Shown: positions 1 through 8,643 of the stretch, piece by piece
Position numbering within the stretch: position 1 is the first letter of the stretch
Layout of the letters: each line of letters begins with the position of its first letter
Assembly: GCA_025839675.1 (NCBI GenBank)
Contig: CP104013.1
Span: 2,910,001-2,942,000 of the forward strand
Direction: 5' to 3'
DNA: 32,000 nucleotides
Origin: Candidatus Lokiarchaeum ossiferum
GTDB lineage: Archaea > Asgardarchaeota > Lokiarchaeia > Sigyniarchaeales > Promethearchaeaceae
Notes under the pieces: generated by a model
Told to the model about the DNA's origin: nothing
Database searches by the model: none
The model's input: only the letters and a program-made list of their open reading frames with translations
Translations under genes and position numbers: made by a program

Positions 1-1
1 T

Positions 2-1561
2 TCAATCCCACGGTCTGCGGGAATTCTCTTACACCCTACTTCCCTTCATACACCATTTGGTATAGGGGATTTTGGTTCCAAAGCAATTCATTTTATTCAA
101 TATTTAAAAAAGTGTGGTCAAAAATTCTGGCAAATCCTACCATTAGGACCTACTGGGTATGCAGATTCACCTTATCAATGTATTTCAACCTTTGCAGGGA
201 ATCCTCTTTTAATCAGCATGGATGGACTCATAAAAATGCAATTGATTACTCAAAAAGAAGTCATGCAGTGTTTCGAAACCAGTCCAGATCCCAATACTCC
301 AGAAATTCAATGGACAATTTCTACAAAAATTAATTATCAGGCTGTGAGGAAAAGCAAATATCAAGTGTTTGAAATATCTTATAACAATTTCATAAGGTCA
401 AACTATGAGGGGAAAACCCAATTTTTACAAGAATTTTCAGATTTTTGCCGAGAAGAAAAAGACTGGTTGGATGATTTTGTATTATTTACTTCACTAAAAA
501 ATCAGCATGACTCAAAATCTTGGATCAAATGGCCGGAAAAATATCGAAATCGACGAATTCACTCAAACGCGATTAAAGTATGGATTGCAGGACATAAAAA
601 AGAGTTAGATTACTACAGATTTATCCAGTGGATCTTTGCGAAGCAATGGAAAGAATTAAAAACCTATGCTAATAAACAAGGCATCCAAATTATTGGAGAT
701 ATGCCAATTTTTGTAGCCCATGATTCTGTAGATGTATGGAGCAATCCGGAATTATTTTCTCTTGACTCTTCCGGCATTTTGGAAACACAAGCAGGTGTCC
801 CTCCAGATTATTTTAGCCCCACAGGACAATTATGGGGAAATCCTTTGTATAATTGGAAACAAATGGAGTTGAATGGCTTTAAATGGTTTATTAGGCGATT
901 TAAAAAGCTAGCAGACTTTTATGATTGGATTAGAATTGACCACTTCAGAGGATTTGAAGCCTTCTGGGAAGTTGACGGGATCGCCACGGATGCAATTAAA
1001 GGAAAATGGGTAAAGGCACCAGGGGAAAAACTTTTCAAAGAAGTGGAGAAAGAATTGGGGCAGTTACCAATTTTTGCTGAGGATTTAGGCATAATTACTG
1101 CTGAAGTTGAGCAATTACGAGATAAATTTGATTTTCCTGGGATGAAAGTAATGCAATTTGCATTTGGAGACGATTCAAATAATCCGCATTTACCTCATAA
1201 TGTAATTCCCAACTCAATTGTTTACTCAGGTACTCATGACAATGACACCACGGTAGGATGGTGGCAAAATGGGGCAACTAAAGAAGAAAAAGAAATGTTT
1301 ATGGAATATTTAAACGCAGAAGGAATGAATATCATTGAGGATATGATCAAAGGATTATATCGAACTTCTGCAAAAATTGCAATTATACCTATTCAAGACT
1401 TATTGGGATTGGGTTCAAAATCCCGGATGAATACTCCAAGTGTAACCCAAGGTAATTGGCAATTTCGACTAAAATATGGGGATCTTTCCGAACAAAAAGC
1501 CATTTGGATACGTAAAATAGCATCCCTCTACGGAAGATTACCCGTTGACCCTAAATCATGA
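2..1561 (+). CDS. malQ: 4-alpha-glucanotransferase (amylomaltase, GH77); 5' end truncated by the window edge
   Basis: The frame of ORF 218..1561 stays open back to nt 2. The upstream translation (SIPRSAGILLHPTSL..FGIGDFG..WQILPLGPTGYADSPYQCISTFAGNPLLIS) is the canonical GH77 N-terminus, so the ATG at 218 is internal. Later GH77 motifs: GDMPIFVAHDSVDVW, IDHFRGFEAFWEV, AEDLGIIT, YSGTHDNDT. Confidence 0.9.
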   Translation, partial: SIPRSAGILLHPTSLHTPFGIGDFGSKAIHFIQYLKKCGQKFWQILPLGPTGYADSPYQCISTFAGNPLLISMDGLIKMQLITQKEVMQCFETSPDPNTPEIQWTISTKINYQAVRKSKYQVFEISYNNFIRSNYEGKTQFLQEFSDFCREEKDWLDDFVLFTSLKNQHDSKSWIKWPEKYRNRRIHSNAIKVWIAGHKKELDYYRFIQWIFAKQWKELKTYANKQGIQIIGDMPIFVAHDSVDVWSNPELFSLDSSGILETQAGVPPDYFSPTGQLWGNPLYNWKQMELNGFKWFIRRFKKLADFYDWIRIDHFRGFEAFWEVDGIATDAIKGKWVKAPGEKLFKEVEKELGQLPIFAEDLGIITAEVEQLRDKFDFPGMKVMQFAFGDDSNNPHLPHNVIPNSIVYSGTHDNDTTVGWWQNGATKEEKEMFMEYLNAEGMNIIEDMIKGLYRTSAKIAIIPIQDLLGLGSKSRMNTPSVTQGNWQFRLKYGDLSEQKAIWIRKIASLYGRLPVDPKS

Positions 1562-2338
1562 ACGATTTATTAAATAATTTTTTACTTTCTCGTAAATTTT
1601 TGCCATTTTTTCTGTCTGCGGTAAAGTTTGATTTAAGATTTCGATATATCTTCTTTCCTTTATAATTTCAAAAGATCGAGGAAAATTTAAGTCAAATACC
1701 CAAGCGAGTTGTAAAATCTTAAAATCTGTGACCGAAACAATATCTTCATGCTTGACTAATTGATCATTCATAATCGAGGTGAAAACTTTGTCTGAAATAA
1801 TTTGGGAATTGGGTAATCCTAATTCGATAGTATTTGCAAATATTGGGTCTGGATTTTGGTAGTGATCACACACGACTTTATAAATATCAATTTTATCGGC
1901 ATCTCGGATGAGTTTGGTAAAGAAAATTTCCTGATCAGAAAGTTCCAGAGGAACATGAGCTACATTATGATAATTTATTGCAGAAAGGATTAAGATTTGT
2001 TCATTAGGAGGTAAAATGGCGAGTATATCTTTTTTTTGAAGAATATTAACTGCTAAATGGGCATGATTCACCGATTTCCTATCTGCAAATGTATTATATT
2101 CAAAAAATTGTTGAAAACGGCCTAAATCATGAAATAACGCAATTATCCGGGAAAGTTCCACATCATTTGGTGAAATTTTAAGATGGGAGGCAATATCTTC
2201 AATTGCCGCAATCACTCGCATGGTATGATCAATCTTCAATTGAATATTTCGATTGAAACCAAGATCAGAAGTCAGAAAAGATTGAGAATACGACGTAAAC
2301 CATGATTTCATAGTTTGATAGTGATGAATCGATGCCAT
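1556..2338 (-). CDS. HD-domain metal-dependent phosphohydrolase
   Basis: 260-aa ORF with an HD-superfamily pattern: IDHTMRVIAAIEDIA, the HD doublet in IIALFHDLGRFQQF, NHAHLAV and RDADKIDIY. Its stop overlaps the malQ stop by 6 nt (convergent genes). Confidence 0.75.
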   Translation of the reverse strand: MASIHHYQTMKSWFTSYSQSFLTSDLGFNRNIQLKIDHTMRVIAAIEDIASHLKISPNDVELSRIIALFHDLGRFQQFFEYNTFADRKSVNHAHLAVNILQKKDILAILPPNEQILILSAINYHNVAHVPLELSDQEIFFTKLIRDADKIDIYKVVCDHYQNPDPIFANTIELGLPNSQIISDKVFTSIMNDQLVKHEDIVSVTDFKILQLAWVFDLNFPRSFEIIKERRYIEILNQTLPQTEKMAKIYEKVKNYLINRS

Positions 2339-2458
2339 TGGGAATGATTGTAAAAATATACCAATCCAAATGAATTTTTGTGAATGAATTCAAGCAGAAT
2401 TAAAGATATTGTTTTATTCGAAAGCAAATCAATATTCAATGGCCAAGATTCTAAAGTT

Positions 2459-2495
2459 ATGAATTGAGGCCATTGGAATGATTACGTGAATGAAT
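2459..2495 (-). repeat. Distal partial copy of the HD-gene leader plus its first five codons; it opens a 14-codon uORF at 2429..2473
   Basis: Read on the minus strand, copy B (2495 to 2459) is ATTCATTCAC-GT-AATCATTCCA-ATGGCCTCAATTCAT. Copy A (2389 to 2324, at the real gene start) is ATTCATTCAC-[30 nt]-AATCATTCCCA-ATGGCATCGATTCAT. Both encode MASIH, and the two coding differences are synonymous. Confidence 0.6.
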
Positions 2496-3031
2496 CACAC
2501 CACATGAATAATGTCAATCAAAAAAAAGCACGTTTTACCATGGTGGAACAAATTAAGATCGAAGTCGGGATAATTGATATATAATATTTACTGATCTTCA
2601 TATCAATCTCAGTGAATTTAGGACAAAGAACTTTACTTTTTCTTCTTATCATTGACAGCTTTCTTGTTAATTTTTGCTTTATCCTTTTTATCTTTACGAT
2701 TATTTTCCATTTTCTTTTTTCGAGGCGTATTTTTTGGCATTGAATTTAGCAACTCCAATTTTATTATTACATCCAAGTTCTTTAAACCTTTAGTATCTCA
2801 ATTATCTTCATTTTATGGGATTTTTGCAATATTTAGCGAACCAAAATTTCTTGAAAGTGTAAATAGTTCAATTTTACTGGAATGTTCTCAATCAGAAATT
2901 GATTTTATTTTTTTTCAAAAAAAGCATTAAATTATAGTCGTGATGAGATTATTTTTAGATTAATACCTCCATTTATTATTGCCTTAAGTTTAAATAGTTC
3001 AGTTAGAACATAGAATTAGGAGAAATGATGT

Positions 3032-4396
3032 ATGACGGACAAAGAACCAATAGAGCGGACAAAAATCAATCAGAAACAGCCAGATTCCATACAGCCTCCC
3101 CTTAATTCAGCAGACATACATCAAAAAAAAGATCATCTAAAAAATGAAGAGGAAAGTCAGAAAATCAAAAACAAGTCTTTTTCATCTGAAAACAGTTCAA
3201 TTATCACCCTAAACCAATCTAAAAGCCCGTTCTTATTCCAAAATTTGAAAAATTTTGAATCAACTATGGCAAATCAACTAAATCAATATTATCCTCACTA
3301 CAACCCCCTTTTTGAGATATTAAATCATATTAAATTTCTAAATAATGGTGAAGATCGAGAGATAGCATTGAAAAAAAAACTAAATTTTTCAAATATTTTT
3401 ATCCGATGTTTTGAAGGTCACGAACTACTTCCATTTCTATATACATTTAGTCAGATTGAAAACTTACCCTTCTATTATCTTGGTTTATCTGAAAAGACTG
3501 GAATGGATTTTTTCTCAAATTATGAAAAAAATGCAGAAGAAGTCATTAAATTTTTCCGAAATCTCATAAACCAATCATTTTTATTCGTTATTCCCTTGGA
3601 AGCTTTTGCTTTTGAATGGAATCACACAAATGAATCGAAAAATCGATCATCCAGCATTATTAATGAAAAACGAATTTTTTCCACGTGCCTCACACTTATT
3701 AATAACATTAGAACCCTTTGTCCATTATCTACGATTGTAATCATTGATATCAGCAAGAATATTATTCCCATTGAATTTTTTTCAAATTTCGGTTCCAGTC
3801 TAAATATTATTTTACCAGATGCAGAAAGCCGCAGAAGATTTTTAGAATCCCTATTTTCCGATTCTCCAGAAGGGGCAATTGAAGGGGAACATTTGAGCCT
3901 GCAAATGAGAAATTGGAATTATGCTCATATTCGAAATCATATTCGTTATGCAAATCACTTGTTTCAAGCCCAACAATTTACCCAAAAAAAAAATAAGCAG
4001 CAATTCGATGATAATTATATTCTCGAAATGTTAGAAAACAATAGATTCTACAATCCACAAGCATTTTTAAGCGAAAAGACAACACTTAATGATGAATCTG
4101 GTCGATCTAATGCACATGATAAATATAGAACAACTGAAAACGCTCAAATTCTTCAAACCATTAGTAATCAAACTCACTCTAATCTAGAATCCCAACTATA
4201 CCAAGATGCAGCCTCGACTAATTTTGAAGAATTATGCATTACAATCGATAAACTTGCCAAGGGATTAGTCTTACAACCTCAGGAACGCAAATTGTTAGCA
4301 AATCATGCTTTCATTATGCGGGATGACCCGAATAAGGCCCTTCAAAAATTAAATAAAGCCAAAAACGCAATTGATAAAATATTACATTTAGTATAA
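3032..4396 (+). CDS. Degenerate (probably catalytically inactive) classic-clade AAA+-like protein; first gene of the SMC-like operon
   Basis: 454-aa ORF with AGGAG 9 nt upstream of the ATG. The central part follows AAA+ order but lacks the catalytic residues. The Walker-A position reads NIFIRCFEGHELLPF (no GxxGxGK[ST], about nt 3391-3435). The Walker-B position reads FLFVIPLEAF (no hhhhDE, about nt 3577-3609). The sensor-1/Arg-finger region reads TIVIIDISKNIIPIEFFSNFGSSLNIILPDAESRRRFLESLF (compare ATNRPD..LDPALLRPGRFDR.I.I.LPD...R..IL). Confidence 0.5.
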   Translation: MTDKEPIERTKINQKQPDSIQPPLNSADIHQKKDHLKNEEESQKIKNKSFSSENSSIITLNQSKSPFLFQNLKNFESTMANQLNQYYPHYNPLFEILNHIKFLNNGEDREIALKKKLNFSNIFIRCFEGHELLPFLYTFSQIENLPFYYLGLSEKTGMDFFSNYEKNAEEVIKFFRNLINQSFLFVIPLEAFAFEWNHTNESKNRSSSIINEKRIFSTCLTLINNIRTLCPLSTIVIIDISKNIIPIEFFSNFGSSLNIILPDAESRRRFLESLFSDSPEGAIEGEHLSLQMRNWNYAHIRNHIRYANHLFQAQQFTQKKNKQQFDDNYILEMLENNRFYNPQAFLSEKTTLNDESGRSNAHDKYRTTENAQILQTISNQTHSNLESQLYQDAASTNFEELCITIDKLAKGLVLQPQERKLLANHAFIMRDDPNKALQKLNKAKNAIDKILHLV

Positions 4397-4425
4397 ACCA
4401 AATCTTTCCTTAGAGGTATCAAAAA

Positions 4426-7400
4426 ATGACCGAATCGAACGATATTCTTGCCTATCCAACTTCACAATCGGAAATACAGACGATTGAAAAAAATGAGGAG
4501 AAACAAGATATTTTAGGTCCGTCCTTCGATCAGGATTTAACCAAGGTAAAAAATGTAAAAATACACAAAATTATTCTGGAGAATTTTCTCTCGTTTGAGC
4601 ACGATGAGGTGATTTTTGATCCTGAATTCTCCATTATCACCGGTCCAAATGGTGCGGGAAAGAGCACCATTTATCAAGCCCTTAAATTTGTTTTAGGCTC
4701 CAATGATTATGACGGTCGTTATGGAAAATGGGCCGATTTTATCAGGTCTGGAGCAAATTCAGCCTTAGTTCAAGTACATTTTGAGATAGACTCTCAACAT
4801 TATATCATTCAACGTAGCGTAGAACGAAACAAAGCACCAACATTTGCAATTCAATATCCAAAAACCAAAAAAATTCAACGAACTAACGTTAAAACGATTC
4901 GAAATTTTTCACAGACCATCAGAATTGATCCCGATAACATTTTTTCTTTTATGTCACAAGGTAATATTGATTCAATCAAGGATTTCAAAGAGGAAACTTT
5001 ATGCAATTTTGTAGAGGTAGGGATAGGGGTTGATATTTTACGCCATCAAATTTTGGATCAAAAACAGAAGATTGAAGCATTAGTGCGAGAAAACACAGTA
5101 TTGCAAGCGCGAAAAGAGAATTTAACGTATCAATTAGTTGAATTGGAGCCAAAATTAAAGAAACTTGAGAAAAAGAAAGAATTCCTTCAAAAACTGGATC
5201 TTTTAGAGGATGAATTATTATGGAATCAGCGAAAAGAAATTTTACAAGCCATTCAAGAGAAGGAACAAGAAATTCTCCTCCAACAAACGCGGTGTACTAA
5301 TATTGCTTTGGAAATCCAGAAACTAGAAGTAGAAGTAAGTGAGAAACAAACAAAAATTAATTCCGAAAACTCATTATTGGAACAGATTCAAACAGATTTA
5401 GCCACAAAGTCTGCCCGATTACAAATTATTACAGATGAAATAACAAAAAAAACCACAGAAAAAAATAATATTGCAGAAAAAATTGAAGATTTAAGTAAGG
5501 AAATTGAACTTTATACATCCGATGCAAAAACTTGCGCAATTAAAATGGATGCGTCAAACAAACAGCTTGAGCAAATTGAAATTAAGATAAGCAATCATGA
5601 AAAAGAATTAAACACGTTTCAAGAAGAAGAACGTGAATTGAATAAAGAATTTCATACCCATCAAAAAATATTACTCGAGTACCAAGCCAAGACCTCCCAG
5701 AAACAAAATGAAATCCAACGGTTAGAAGAAATTACTAAAAGACATCAGGAATTAGAAGAAGAAATTGCCAGAAAAATTAAGGATATTAAAAAGATTAGAA
5801 ACGACTTAGAAGCGTTTAGTTGGTTTATGAAAAATCCAAGATCCGATCTCCAATCTCGAATGATTGTGGTTTCTCAAAAATATGAATCTCAAATTACTCA
5901 AATCACTAACGACATTCAAGATTTAGATAAGATTTACAAAGAGATAATTGAGAAAATCGAAAAAACAAAACATTCGGTGTACGATAAAGAAATGCCCAAA
6001 CCCAAAGCAATTCAATCCATGATGCAAGAAATTCGGGAGAGAAAATTACATTGTTTTGGACCCCTCATTGATTATATTTCCTTTGATGGATTATTTCAGA
6101 AAGCAATTGCATCAATATTTGGATCTCGTGTGTTAAATAGCTTCATAGCCAAGGATAATGAAACTTTTGCGCAATTGAAAAATATGGCTCAACGCTTTCG
6201 AGCTCAATGTAATATCTATTTGGAACGATCCAATCCCCTCCGGAAGCTTGCAGAACCACAAAATGCTGGGAAGAATGGTATTTTTGGATACATGGTAAAC
6301 CAAATCGATTATTTAAATCCAGATATTGCGATTAAAAAAGTGATATATAGTGTCGCTAATCGAACGCTAATAGTTAAAGACCACATTACCGCTATAAATT
6401 TCGTTCAAAATTATAATTATGACTCATGGATCGTCACCTTGGATGGAGAACAAATACGACCAAAGAAATTGGTGATTGAATCAAGACCTCATTTGACAAA
6501 TAAAAACCAAATAAATTTTGCTAATGTGGCTCAAGCTAAACAATATTTAATCGAACTCAATGAAAAAGCAGAAATGAATCGGAAGGAAGTTAATCAACGC
6601 AAGCAGTTACAATTAGAAAAACAGAATAAAAGGAAAATTCTCCAAACGAGATTAACCCAAATTGAAATGCTACTAACAAAATATAAGCTTCTCGAAATGG
6701 GTACTCTTCGGAAAAATAAACTCATCTCTGAACGCGAAAAAGCATATCATAAGATGGAACTGGTGAAGGAAACTTGTGTAAATTTAGACTTGGAATTAGA
6801 GAAAATCAAATCGAATCTGCCCAAAGAAACCTTATCGGGACAAGAACGACTTGAAATACTCCCCCATTTAATCCAAAATTACCAAAACGAGCTGCAACAA
6901 TATCAAAATACAAAAACAAACTATAAGGAGGAACTCCAAAATCTTAAAATTGAGAAATCTACAATTGATACCAGTATATCCTTAAAAAATCAAGAAAAAG
7001 AAACTATTGAGACCAATTTAAAGAAGTTTGATGGTGAATTTTTTAACCTGTTTAAAGAAAACATGGGTTTAAAGACAGAAATAGATACCTTAAAGAAAGA
7101 AAAAACAAACCTTTCTCATCAACTCAAAGAATATATCCAATCCATTTCCATTTTGAATAAAGAAATAAGTACAAAAAATTTTGACAAGCTAAAAATTGAC
7201 TTAAATATCGAAAAAATAACGGAATTTATCTCAATCAATCAGCAAAAGTTGGACCAAATAGAACTAACATTTAAAGATAAAAAAACCCATTTTGTCCAAG
7301 ATCGTTCCTTTCAAGAAATTGCCACCGATATTGCATTAATCAAGAAATTTATTAGTAATTATCGTGATATTGATGATTCTATTCTTGTATCAAAAGAAAA

Positions 7401-7977
7401 AATAGAAAATTCAATAACTCGGATCAATGAAAAGCGAGAAATGATTCACGAAGAAATTGATGCTGCCCAAGAAGCTGAAAAAGAATTAGAAGAAGCGTAT
7501 TATGTAAAATTTGAGAAATCTATTATCATTTTAGAAGAAGCTATGAATAAGAAATTTTCTGTAGCTGAACTTAATTTCCGTGTACAGTTGAAGCTGAAAG
7601 GAGAAATAAAAAACTTAGGACTCAATATCAATATTTTCTTTAAAATAGATGGAGAAGAAATGTCGTATCCATTAGCAGCTTTAAGCGGTGGGCAAAGATC
7701 CATGGTAGGAATATGTCTTATGCTTTCCTTGAATCAGCTTAATCCTTCACCTCTTAATATTTATGATGAATGTGATATGTTTCTAGATGAAAAAAATGCT
7801 CAAACTGTTGCAAAACTTGTTTATCAACTCGCTCAATCTGGAGTTCAATTTGTCATCTTAATGCCTAGTAAAAATAAAACCCTATTACAACTAGCTAATA
7901 AAGTCATAGGTGTTAGTCGAAATGGTAAAAATGGACCTTCAACAGTCCATTACAGCCGACCAATGAAAAGGAGCTAG
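4426..7977 (+). CDS. SMC-family ATPase with hinge; head motifs are Smc5/6-like rather than canonical Smc
   Basis: 1183 aa with GAGGT upstream of the ATG. Walker A is GPNGAGKST (nt 4642-4668). Two long K/E/Q/L-rich coiled-coil arms flank a central hinge-like block, FGPLIDYISFDGLFQKAIASIFGSRVLNSFI...WIVTLDGEQIRP (about nt 6050-6465). The signature motif is LSGGQRS (nt 7681-7701), Walker B is LNIYDECDMFLD (nt 7753-7788), followed by QFVILMPSK. Confidence 0.85.
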   Translation: MTESNDILAYPTSQSEIQTIEKNEEKQDILGPSFDQDLTKVKNVKIHKIILENFLSFEHDEVIFDPEFSIITGPNGAGKSTIYQALKFVLGSNDYDGRYGKWADFIRSGANSALVQVHFEIDSQHYIIQRSVERNKAPTFAIQYPKTKKIQRTNVKTIRNFSQTIRIDPDNIFSFMSQGNIDSIKDFKEETLCNFVEVGIGVDILRHQILDQKQKIEALVRENTVLQARKENLTYQLVELEPKLKKLEKKKEFLQKLDLLEDELLWNQRKEILQAIQEKEQEILLQQTRCTNIALEIQKLEVEVSEKQTKINSENSLLEQIQTDLATKSARLQIITDEITKKTTEKNNIAEKIEDLSKEIELYTSDAKTCAIKMDASNKQLEQIEIKISNHEKELNTFQEEERELNKEFHTHQKILLEYQAKTSQKQNEIQRLEEITKRHQELEEEIARKIKDIKKIRNDLEAFSWFMKNPRSDLQSRMIVVSQKYESQITQITNDIQDLDKIYKEIIEKIEKTKHSVYDKEMPKPKAIQSMMQEIRERKLHCFGPLIDYISFDGLFQKAIASIFGSRVLNSFIAKDNETFAQLKNMAQRFRAQCNIYLERSNPLRKLAEPQNAGKNGIFGYMVNQIDYLNPDIAIKKVIYSVANRTLIVKDHITAINFVQNYNYDSWIVTLDGEQIRPKKLVIESRPHLTNKNQINFANVAQAKQYLIELNEKAEMNRKEVNQRKQLQLEKQNKRKILQTRLTQIEMLLTKYKLLEMGTLRKNKLISEREKAYHKMELVKETCVNLDLELEKIKSNLPKETLSGQERLEILPHLIQNYQNELQQYQNTKTNYKEELQNLKIEKSTIDTSISLKNQEKETIETNLKKFDGEFFNLFKENMGLKTEIDTLKKEKTNLSHQLKEYIQSISILNKEISTKNFDKLKIDLNIEKITEFISINQQKLDQIELTFKDKKTHFVQDRSFQEIATDIALIKKFISNYRDIDDSILVSKEKIENSITRINEKREMIHEEIDAAQEAEKELEEAYYVKFEKSIIILEEAMNKKFSVAELNFRVQLKLKGEIKNLGLNINIFFKIDGEEMSYPLAALSGGQRSMVGICLMLSLNQLNPSPLNIYDECDMFLDEKNAQTVAKLVYQLAQSGVQFVILMPSKNKTLLQLANKVIGVSRNGKNGPSTVHYSRPMKRS

Positions 7978-7980
7978 AAA

Positions 7981-8643
7981 ATGCCGGATCTGTCGAATTT
8001 ATTGGCGAAAACGACAAGACTCAAAGATCGCATGGAAATGGACCATATTTCCCTCATTGAAGAAGATCTGAAATCGATTTTCATAGAATTGAAAGAATTA
8101 ATATCTCCGAGTGATTTAGATCTTGGGATTTCTGTCATGCAAAATGGTACATTGATGCTAGAACAAAAGATTGAAGAAGTGAAACGTTTCATCAATTATT
8201 TAACACAAAAGGATCAAATTTTTCAATTTATCACTTCAACTGCGACGGATCACCAACTAGCAACTATTTTATCACAAGTATGGCATGAACCCATTCAATT
8301 ACCCTATTTATCAATGAATTATCTCGTTGGAAATTGGGCAAAATTAGTAAGAGATAAAAAAATTCACCACACGAAATCAATTCAAGAGATTTCTCCGATT
8401 GAAAAGAAAACAGTGGGGAGTTTCACAGATTTTAGTGATCCCTTTGAAGAACAAATGTTAAGTTATTTAGATCGAATAAAGCCGATCTTACCTGCCACCA
8501 TGGATGATATTTTAGGACATTTTGATAATCCAGATAAATATTTCGAACAATTTTCATATATCCTTCATCTATTGCAAGAAGGATATCTTTACTTTAAAAA
8601 ATCGACCCAACAATTTATAAAAGGTGAAATTCAAACTGAATGA
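7981..8643 (+). CDS. Kleisin-like SMC partner (putative)
   Basis: 220-aa ORF starting 3 nt after the SMC stop, with AGGAG 8 nt upstream. The C-terminus (DDILGHFDNPDKYFEQFSYILHLLQEGYLYFKKSTQQFIKGEI) matches the ScpA/kleisin C-terminal winged-helix pattern (..vv.FLALLEL.k.g.i.l.Q...F..I). The N-terminal half is not recognisably ScpA-like by eye. Confidence 0.45.
   Translation: MPDLSNLLAKTTRLKDRMEMDHISLIEEDLKSIFIELKELISPSDLDLGISVMQNGTLMLEQKIEEVKRFINYLTQKDQIFQFITSTATDHQLATILSQVWHEPIQLPYLSMNYLVGNWAKLVRDKKIHHTKSIQEISPIEKKTVGSFTDFSDPFEEQMLSYLDRIKPILPATMDDILGHFDNPDKYFEQFSYILHLLQEGYLYFKKSTQQFIKGEIQTE

Noticed and set aside
112-333. 73-aa ORF at the left edge.
   Set aside because: It is out of frame with, and fully inside, the real malQ reading frame, which is open from nt 2 and encodes the conserved GH77 N-terminus.
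2652-2930. 92-aa plus-strand ORF (MTAFLLIFALSFLSLRLFSIFFFRGVFF...).
   Set aside because: It is low-complexity and Phe-rich, produced by a T-rich intergenic strand. It has no SD or start context and reads as a mirror image of A-rich sequence, so it is treated as non-coding.
2940-3010. A candidate C/D-box sRNA seeded by GTGATGA at 2940-2946.
   Set aside because: There is no CTGA D box within the following ~90 nt, and no C'/D' pair or terminal stem.
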